Assembly: GCA_963851055.1 (NCBI GenBank)
Contig: CAWKMY010000005.1
Span: 12,716-76,715, forward strand
Length of the DNA stretch: 64,000 nt
Source: an uncultured bacterium
GTDB lineage: Bacteria > Patescibacteriota > Minisyncoccia > Phycocordibacterales > PALSA-1337
Direction of reading: 5' to 3'
In this document: positions 1 to 6,998 of the stretch, piece after piece
Layout of the letters: every line of letters begins with the position of its first letter
How positions within the stretch are numbered: the first letter of the stretch is position 1
The notes under the pieces: generated by a model
Told to the model about the DNA's origin: nothing
Database searches by the model: none
What the model saw: the letters and a program-made list of their open reading frames with translations, nothing else
Position numbers and translations under genes: made by a program

Positions 1-2106
1 TTCTGCCACCTTGCCGGCGCCAGTTTGTATGACATTCAGAAAAGTCGAAGAAGATGAAGTGGCATTCTGGATATCATTGCGGACGAATTGCGAAGAATTT
101 ATCCCATTCAAGGCCTGGGCATTTTGGGCGTTCAATGCATTTGTTGCCGTCGCCGCCGTCTCTGCCACGAAAGCCGCCGGCACAGCACCGAGTATCTTTC
201 TCGGACTCATCTCGCCGTCCCAGACCGGACTGCCGGCCGTTCCGCCGATATTCACTCCTAGGTAAAGTGTCTGATTGAAATCGATGCCGGTCAAGGGCGT
301 CGTCGAACCGAGCATGACACTGAAGAGTCCGCTCTTCAATGCCGGGCCTTGTCCGTTCGACACCAAGTCGTCTTCCATCCATATCGGCGATCCGCCTGAT
401 GCTGAAGTATAAAGTCTAAATTCAACATTGTACGAGCCGTCGGAGACCGGAGAGCCCGTGGTATCCATGAGCTTGCCCTGATAATTTATTTCAGGATTGA
501 ATGCCGCTGCGGCTGTTCGAGCGTATATGCCGAAAGCTGTCGCCGATGCCACGATGAAAAGAATTGCACTCAACATAACTACTGTTCTAAAAATGGGTTT
601 CGGCGCATTCACGGACATGGCCGCACCCATGGTCGCTTGAGCGCGGAGAGCCGAGAGGCCTTGCTCCGGAACTTCGATAGGTGCTTGTGGTTGAACGAAT
701 TGTGGCTGGACTATTTTTGGTTGGACGAATACTTCAGGATTTGCCGTTGGTGCCGGTCTTACTTCGAGCTTTACCGGCTGTCTGATTTCAGGCACGACTT
801 CTGGAACAACCTCCGGTGGTCGAGTATACAAAACATTGATAGGTGGAGCAAAATTTCCTCCAGTATTATTATCATTCTTATTGGCGTTTCCAGAATTCCT
901 GTTACGGCGGCGCTTGATAAATATGAACAAAAGCAGCAAGACCACCAGAATAACCATGATGACCAGTGCCCAAGAAGCCGCTTCAGGACCAACAGCCTTT
1001 ATGGCTGTTTTATAAGCTTTCAATACCCCGGCCAATTGCTTCAAACTGTGATTCTGATAATCTAGAATGCTCACCGTCAAAGGATAGGTGCCGCTGAAAC
1101 CCAGAGCTCCTATGGTCGCTTCGTAATAGGTCTTGTCCGCGTTCGCCCGCAATAGGAAGATGAATGCCCGTGAAGGATCAGACGGATCAGTCAGCCCCAC
1201 AGCTATAGTCTTCAGTACTTGAGGTACTCTGTTATATGCCAGGCGTATGGTCAGATTTTCCGTGCCGTCGATGGAAACCTGACCGTCGGAACTGACCGAA
1301 AGAGCGACGCCATTCTGGATGAATTGGAAATCGGGCAGCGTCAGACTCTGGATGACCGGATTTACTATAGTAGATGGCGGAGCGCTCACGAACGGATTGG
1401 CCGGAATGATCGGCACAGTCGTGCTAGCTTCGCCCGGTATCGGCATGCGCGCGGAAGTCAGAACGCCGGATGAGACCATGCCATTCATACCTTCGGCAAA
1501 GATAGTGTAATAGTAAGTGACGCCTGGAACTACCGCCGCGTCGAAGAATGTTTCGGCCGGCCCTTCATAGACGAAAGTGCCTTCGGATTCATTGGTCGGG
1601 AAAAAACTGGTCGAGCGCATCACTCGCACTTGGGTAAAACGGATATCGGATGGATTGACCCATGACAAGCTTATGACATTGGCCGCGGGAATCGCCCGGA
1701 AATCTGAAGGGTTCGGTAAAGGCAAAGTGCTGCCGCTCACGGAGCCGCTGTTAGTGGGTGATGTTGGAGATGTCGGAGATATCGGGTTCGACGGTGAAGT
1801 CGTCGCAGGTGAACTCAAAGAAGCAGTCTGCTGGTAACCTGCATGAACCGCGTCATTTGCGCTCCCAGAATATCCGGTGGCGATCTCACCGGCCGTGTCT
1901 TGCATGGTATATTTGGCGGAACTTGAATTGTCGCCGCCGAAGTTCACGCTCTCATCTTGGATGGCGTAATGCGAGCTCGACATCACTTGGGCGTGAGCAC
2001 AAGAAGAAAGAAGCAGGAAGCTAGGAGCTAGGAGAAACGCAACCACAAAAAATGCTTTTCCAGTCAGGATAGAGGTGAATTTTCTGATGGTCTTTAAAAT
2101 ATTCAT
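1..2106 (-). CDS. large secreted/cell-surface protein, partial (3' end lies beyond the left edge of the window)
   Basis: Absent from the ORF track because it has no stop in the window. Manual translation from the ATG at 2106 stays open to position 1 (702 codons). MNILKTIRKFTSILTGKAFFVVAFLLAPSFLLLSSCAHAQ looks like a signal peptide. It is followed by a P/S/T-rich linker and hydrophobic spans WALVIMVILVVLLLLFIFIKRRR and VVMLSAILFIVASATAF. The distal part is tail-fibre-like: IWMEDDLVSNGQG..GLFSVMLGSTTPL..LYLGVNIGG. Confidence 0.7.
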   Translation of the reverse strand, partial: MNILKTIRKFTSILTGKAFFVVAFLLAPSFLLLSSCAHAQVMSSSHYAIQDESVNFGGDNSSSAKYTMQDTAGEIATGYSGSANDAVHAGYQQTASLSSPATTSPSNPISPTSPTSPTNSGSVSGSTLPLPNPSDFRAIPAANVISLSWVNPSDIRFTQVRVMRSTSFFPTNESEGTFVYEGPAETFFDAAVVPGVTYYYTIFAEGMNGMVSSGVLTSARMPIPGEASTTVPIIPANPFVSAPPSTIVNPVIQSLTLPDFQFIQNGVALSVSSDGQVSIDGTENLTIRLAYNRVPQVLKTIAVGLTDPSDPSRAFIFLLRANADKTYYEATIGALGFSGTYPLTVSILDYQNHSLKQLAGVLKAYKTAIKAVGPEAASWALVIMVILVVLLLLFIFIKRRRNRNSGNANKNDNNTGGNFAPPINVLYTRPPEVVPEVVPEIRQPVKLEVRPAPTANPEVFVQPKIVQPQFVQPQAPIEVPEQGLSALRAQATMGAAMSVNAPKPIFRTVVMLSAILFIVASATAFGIYARTAAAAFNPEINYQGKLMDTTGSPVSDGSYNVEFRLYTSASGGSPIWMEDDLVSNGQGPALKSGLFSVMLGSTTPLTGIDFNQTLYLGVNIGGTAGSPVWDGEMSPRKILGAVPAAFVAETAATATNALNAQNAQALNGINSSQFVRNDIQNATSSSSTFLNVIQTGAGKVAE

Positions 2107-2110
2107 GGCA

Positions 2111-3178
2111 TTAATTCGCTGCGGGGCTAGAAGTAGCCTTGACCGGCACCAATACATAAAGGAAATCATGGCCTGCCACGGTTCTGAATACCGGTGTTAT
2201 TACACCTGTCGTGCCATCCGGATTAGGAGTTACCACCACATTATCGGAAAAAGAATTCTGTATGCTGGCGGCAAGCTTGGCTTCATCGGCGGACGAAGAC
2301 GCGCCCGATGTGTCGGCCGTCGGCATGATGACCAAGCCTCCATGTTCTGCCGTTACCTTGCCGACTTCTCCCGGAGGAATGACGGAAGAAGCTGACGGCT
2401 CTTCCGATTGATTCATTGTCAAAGAAGAGTTCACGGATGAACTTCCCGGATGGAGTCGCGAAGCTAGAGAAACGACGCCGGACGAGAATGACACCACGCC
2501 GGAAGAAAGCGAATCCCATGCGGAGACAATTTCTCTTTGGGCCGATCGTCCGATCGACTGGGCCGACTGCTCCACAGACTGTGCGGCAATGAAAACATTC
2601 GCCGCTGAAGCTCCAGCCGATAAAAATTGCGGCAGAGATTGAAAACGAATATTTCCCGCCATCACTACGATGAGTAATGCCGCCAGACCTGTTCCAACAG
2701 ATATAGGTAATCCAAAATGGATATAATCGGTTAAACCTGAAGGCGAAGATACTTTAGCTTCGGATCCGTCTACGAATGTCCACTTCCATTCAGGCGGAGG
2801 CTGTATGGCTGCTACTTGCGGGGCAATTACCTGCGAAATGCCTGTTTGTTGAGTAATTGGTTTTTCGGCAACTGCTTGAGGAACAACATTCTGGGAAATG
2901 GCCTTTTTGGGTGAAATAATCGGCGATTTAACGACTGGCGTTGATGCCAAAAAATCAGCTTTTTTGAAAATAGTCTGATTTGGTTTCAGAGACTCTTTTT
3001 GATGACGCAAAATTGACTGCTGATCGACATACCAGAAACGTCCGACCATACGGCAAGTCAGTTTTTTCGCCCTGCAAAGTTGTCCGACATAATCGTTTGA
3101 ATATCCGGCTATCTCGGCAGCTCGGCGAGACGAGATATACTGTTTTCCTTCAATAATTAAAGACTCGCTCATTGGCAT
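2111..3178 (-). CDS. hypothetical protein with an N-terminal helix-turn-helix-like segment and a hydrophobic central region
   Basis: 355-aa ORF ending 4 nt upstream of the next gene. The N-terminus KQYISSRRAAEIAGYSNDYVGQLCRAKKL resembles an HTH. The hydrophobic stretch is LPISVGTGLAALLIVVMAG. An SSGVVSF/SSGVVSL duplication is present. Confidence 0.55.
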   Translation of the reverse strand: MPMSESLIIEGKQYISSRRAAEIAGYSNDYVGQLCRAKKLTCRMVGRFWYVDQQSILRHQKESLKPNQTIFKKADFLASTPVVKSPIISPKKAISQNVVPQAVAEKPITQQTGISQVIAPQVAAIQPPPEWKWTFVDGSEAKVSSPSGLTDYIHFGLPISVGTGLAALLIVVMAGNIRFQSLPQFLSAGASAANVFIAAQSVEQSAQSIGRSAQREIVSAWDSLSSGVVSFSSGVVSLASRLHPGSSSVNSSLTMNQSEEPSASSVIPPGEVGKVTAEHGGLVIMPTADTSGASSSADEAKLAASIQNSFSDNVVVTPNPDGTTGVITPVFRTVAGHDFLYVLVPVKATSSPAAN

Positions 3179-3385
3179 AATTATACTTTAGAATGGTTGC
3201 AAAAAGAGTGGGGATAAGTCGATTTTTTCATATAAGATTTCAGGGCTTCTCCATCGTCATAACTATCGAAAATCGATGTCATAGAACGGCTCTGTTTAAG
3301 CTCAAATTATGCGTCAAAAAATGATATGTTTGATCAATACTTACCAACATACTTATTTAAAGAATTACGAAGCTAGAATAAAAGG

Positions 3386-3424
3386 TTGATAACCTGCCTA
3401 TACATTACTAATATATAATGTATA
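3386..3424 (+). promoter_or_regulatory. putative sigma70-type promoter with an overlapping inverted repeat (possible operator)
   Basis: TTGATA (3386-3391), 17-nt spacer, TAATAT (3409-3414). The inverted repeat TATACATT/AATGTATA (3399-3406 / 3417-3424) overlaps the -10 box. It sits about 50 nt upstream of the HTH gene. Confidence 0.3.
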
Positions 3425-3470
3425 CTTATTAAGGTTTATCAAGACTTATTATATCTATATTACAAATACT

Positions 3471-3716
3471 ATGGCCGAAAAAAAATTAATCTCGATCAAA
3501 GAAGCGGCTCTTATGCTCGGCGTTACCCCCCTTACCTTGCGTAATTGGGATAAAGCGGGCAAATTGAAGCCTATGCGCCACCCTATGAACAATTACCGCG
3601 TATACAAGATCGATGATATCGAATCTCTGCTAAAAGGCATGTCCGAGGGCAAAGCCCCGGTCTATGTGCCTCCAAGAAAGAAGATACGCAAGCTTGATAT
3701 CAGACACGAGGAATAG
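3471..3716 (+). CDS. MerR/excisionase-family helix-turn-helix DNA-binding protein
   Basis: 81 aa. LISIKEAALMLGVTPLTLRNWDKAGKLKPMRHPMNNYRVYKIDDIESLL matches the MerR-type HTH pattern. Confidence 0.75.
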   Translation: MAEKKLISIKEAALMLGVTPLTLRNWDKAGKLKPMRHPMNNYRVYKIDDIESLLKGMSEGKAPVYVPPRKKIRKLDIRHEE

Positions 3717-3752
3717 ACAGAACATTGTGCTAATATACTTTCCATACATACC

Positions 3753-5207
3753 ATGGAATACATTCCGACTATAGGCTTGGAAATACACGCCGAACTCAAA
3801 ACGGCCTCGAAGATGTTCTGCCCATGTAGGAATGATCCGGATGAGGAAAAGCCTAATACCAATATATGCCCTATATGTCTAGGCCATCCAGGGACTCTTC
3901 CTGTCCTGAATAAAGGAGCTATCGCTTCCGTCCTCAAAGTCGGCGTGGCCGTCGGCGGCACGCTCGCTGACTTCACAGAATGGGATCGCAAGCATTATTT
4001 CTATCCCGACATACCCAAGGGTTACCAGATCAGTCAGTACAAGTTCCCTCTCGTCTCTGACGGTGAGCTCGCTGGCGTTGCCTTGGAGCGCATCCATCTC
4101 GAAGAAGACACGGCGCGTTCTACTCACGACCAACATGAGAAAAGCTTGGTGGATTTCAATCGCTCCGGAGTTCCTCTCATGGAACTCGTGACCAAACCTG
4201 TCATCCATGATTCGATGAGCGCCGTCCTTTTCGCAAAAGAATTACAGCTCTTGCTCCGATATCTCGGAGCAAGTGAAGCCAACCTCGAGAAAGGCGAGAT
4301 GCGAGTGGAGGCGAATATTTCTGTCTCTTCCCCTGCCGACATGAAGGCCGGAAGATTCGGAGTCAAGACTGAAGTCAAAAACCTAAACTCTTTCCGTGCG
4401 GTCGAGCGTGCCATAGAATACGAAGTTGCGCGTCAGATCGAGTCTCTAGAAAAAGGAGAAAAAGTTATCCAGGAGACGAGAGGTTGGGATGATGGAAAAA
4501 ATGAAACTTACTCTCAACGCTCCAAAGAAAGTTCGCATGACTATCGATACTATCCGGATCCGGATATACCGAAAATGAAGTTGAGCGAGGTCCCGGAATT
4601 TTCTACCACTTCCCTATCGAAGGACATGCCGGAGTTGCCATGGGTTAAGCGTGAGAGGTTAGAGAAAGATTTCGACATGACGGAAAAAGAAGTGGCTATG
4701 TTCGTCGAAAATATTCCTCTCTCTACTTATTATGAATCGATCATCAAAGAATTCGTAAGCAATCCGAAAAAGACAAAATTGACGGCAAATTATTTGCTGA
4801 CAGATTATCTCGGTGCCTTGAAGACAAACAAGACTGAATTCAGTCTGGACATCACCATTGATCCATCGGCCTTTGCGGAGCTCATCAACATGATCGCCTC
4901 CGGGGATATCTCTTCGAGAGGAGCCAAGGACTTGATCGCCATTCTAATAAAAGAAACTTCTTCCGGAAAGTCTGTCGGTTCAGTCAGAACTCTAGCTGAA
5001 AAGAGTGGCCTTCTACAAAAGAGCGATGCCGCCGACATATCCCCGGCTATAGATAAAGTCGTGGCCGACAATGCCAAAGCAGTATCTGAATACAAAGCTG
5101 GCAAGACCGCTTCCATGCAATTCCTCATCGGTCAGGTGATGAAAGCCACAAAAGGTGCCGCTAACCCAGGGGTCATAGCGGAGCTACTGAAGAAGAAACT
5201 TGACTAA
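3753..5207 (+). CDS. gatB: Asp-tRNA(Asn)/Glu-tRNA(Gln) amidotransferase subunit B
   Basis: 484 aa. MEYIPTIGLEIHAELKT..KMFCPC...CPICLGHPGTLPVLN is the GatB zinc-site N-terminus. The C-terminal YqeY-like tail is FLIGQVMKATKGAANPGVI. Confidence 0.95.
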   Translation: MEYIPTIGLEIHAELKTASKMFCPCRNDPDEEKPNTNICPICLGHPGTLPVLNKGAIASVLKVGVAVGGTLADFTEWDRKHYFYPDIPKGYQISQYKFPLVSDGELAGVALERIHLEEDTARSTHDQHEKSLVDFNRSGVPLMELVTKPVIHDSMSAVLFAKELQLLLRYLGASEANLEKGEMRVEANISVSSPADMKAGRFGVKTEVKNLNSFRAVERAIEYEVARQIESLEKGEKVIQETRGWDDGKNETYSQRSKESSHDYRYYPDPDIPKMKLSEVPEFSTTSLSKDMPELPWVKRERLEKDFDMTEKEVAMFVENIPLSTYYESIIKEFVSNPKKTKLTANYLLTDYLGALKTNKTEFSLDITIDPSAFAELINMIASGDISSRGAKDLIAILIKETSSGKSVGSVRTLAEKSGLLQKSDAADISPAIDKVVADNAKAVSEYKAGKTASMQFLIGQVMKATKGAANPGVIAELLKKKLD

Positions 5208-5248
5208 ACATTATTAAACCAAGATATTCCCTATTTAGAGGTGTCTAT

Positions 5249-6220
5249 CTATTTTAGAAGCTTCACAATCTCCTCACCAGCCTTCTTTACCGAGGCATCA
5301 TCCAGTACGGAGACTTCCAATATATCAGGATTCAATTTCTTCAGAACTTTTTCTGCGGCAGCAATAGCCTTTTTATCAGACATATCTGTCTTGGTCAGTA
5401 TGATCACCTCTTTCTTTTCAGCTAAACCGTTACCATATTTTTCTAGTTCGCCACGAACGGCTCGATAAGCATCAACCATTCCGTCAACATTTTCGAGCGA
5501 GACTAGATGCAGAAGCATCTTTGTTCTCTTCACATGTTTCAAGAATTTGATACCGAGACCCTTGCCTTCGGAGGCACCTTCTATGAGGCCTGGAATATCA
5601 GCGAGAATATAACCGCCAGGAAGAGCGCCAAGGTTAGGATCAAGGGTGGTAAATGCGTAGCTGGCTACTTTTGCATTGGCACGAGTGAGTGCATTCAAAA
5701 GGCTAGATTTGCCTGCATTCGGCAGACCGATGAGACCAGCGTCAGCGATTAGGTTCAGTTCGACAGTGAAGTCGGCTTCCTCGCCTTCCATACCTTCAGT
5801 AGATTGTTCAGGCTTTACATTTGTAGAAGCTTTGAAATGTTCATTGCCAAGCCCGCCACGTCCACCATGAAGAATCTTTGATACTTGACCATCTTCGATG
5901 AGTTCAACTACGCGACCGCTCTCCGTATTCGTAATAACTGAACCGATAGGTAACTCTATATAAAAATCTTCTCCGGCCTTGCCTTGTCTACTCCAATTCT
6001 CGCCAGCTTTGCCATTCTCTGCACGGAATTCCTTGACTACTTTGTGCCTAGCCAAAATATTGATATCGCGAACTGCGCGCACGTAGACATCGCCGCCAGC
6101 GCCAGCATTGCCGCCAGCCGCACCAGCGAATTCTTTGCCGCGCTCATGGCGCCAGCGTACAACACCCGGGCCACCGTCGCCCGCCTTTGCGTGGAACTTT
6201 ATTTCGTCTATTAAAGCCAT
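5249..6220 (-). CDS. obg: GTPase Obg
   Basis: 323 aa. The Obg fold N-terminus is FIDEIKFHAKAGDGGPGVVRWRHE and the glycine-rich segment GGxGGxG is present. G motifs: GLPNAGKSSLLNALT, DIPGLIEGAS and LTKTD. Confidence 0.95.
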   Translation of the reverse strand: MALIDEIKFHAKAGDGGPGVVRWRHERGKEFAGAAGGNAGAGGDVYVRAVRDINILARHKVVKEFRAENGKAGENWSRQGKAGEDFYIELPIGSVITNTESGRVVELIEDGQVSKILHGGRGGLGNEHFKASTNVKPEQSTEGMEGEEADFTVELNLIADAGLIGLPNAGKSSLLNALTRANAKVASYAFTTLDPNLGALPGGYILADIPGLIEGASEGKGLGIKFLKHVKRTKMLLHLVSLENVDGMVDAYRAVRGELEKYGNGLAEKKEVIILTKTDMSDKKAIAAAEKVLKKLNPDILEVSVLDDASVKKAGEEIVKLLK

Positions 6221-6250
6221 AGAGGCCTCATACTACGCTAAAACGCCTAT

Positions 6251-6780
6251 TTACTCAACTTGGGATACTTCCTCAAGTTCTTTCTCCAATATTTTGGCCT
6301 GATAATCAGCTGTCGAAGGCTGATCAAATAGGAACTTCCCTTTAAATTTCTTGCCTTTGAGGAATAGCGGCATCCAGTAAAGGTCGTCGCTCCACATCTG
6401 CTTGAATGGGATTTCGTCTATAGTGAACCATTGCGGTTTCATCTCCTCTGTTTCTACAGCCTCGCCGGAATAATCTTCAATTTTGAATATGTGAACTTCC
6501 AATACGGCCGGATCGTTGGCGAAAGTAAATTCGATGATTCCCCTCTTGTCTAGACTGCCGACACTTATGGCAGATTCTTCCTGAAGGTTCCATGTTGTTG
6601 AGATTAATGCTTTGATTGTCCCTTAAGTATATTCCGTACTCCACACCATGGGCAATACCATTCTTTGCGCTTTTGAGGCGCATCGCCGATGGACCACCAT
6701 TTCTTGCAGACGCCACAACGGAAATGGTGAAGGTTTTCGATGGAGCGAGTGCTTTTAATTAATTTGCTGCTCATATTCAT
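6251..6780 (-). pseudogene. MTH1/MutT-like Nudix hydrolase with a disrupted reading frame (two or more frameshifts; true pseudogene or assembly error)
   Basis: The C-terminal 83-aa ORF LEVHIFKIEDYSGEAVETEEMKPQWFTIDEIPFKQMWSDDLYWMPLFLKGKKF resembles the C-terminal half of human MTH1. The Nudix-box remnant GTIKALISTTWNLQEES follows an in-frame TAA. The upstream part KTFTISVVASARNGGPSAMRLKSAKNGIAHGVEYG is in another frame, and the only ATG (6780) is in a third frame. Confidence 0.55.
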
Positions 6781-6998
6781 ATTAAGATGAAGTCATTATA
6801 GTCGATTGCGCTAACCTCGTCATTTTTTGGCAGGTAGAGGTATGTCCGAAAAGGTCATGTATAGTTGTTGCAAAAAATTCTCAGTTAGGTGTCACAGGAT
6901 GGCTAACTTCCGTAACTAATTGCAAAAGATTCTCAATTACTGTACCTAGAGGTTTTGAAGGCGTGTCCGGTGACGAGAGTGATAATTCCAAGTCGCGG

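Noticed and set aside
11-2024. About ten short + strand and alternative-frame ORFs listed in the track (11..265, 637..1065, 1219..1473, 1577..1837, 1758..2024 and others).
   Set aside because: They are shadow ORFs of the long minus-strand gene that starts at 2106 and leaves the window. Their products are low-complexity and implausible, while the minus-strand frame gives a signal peptide and coherent domains.
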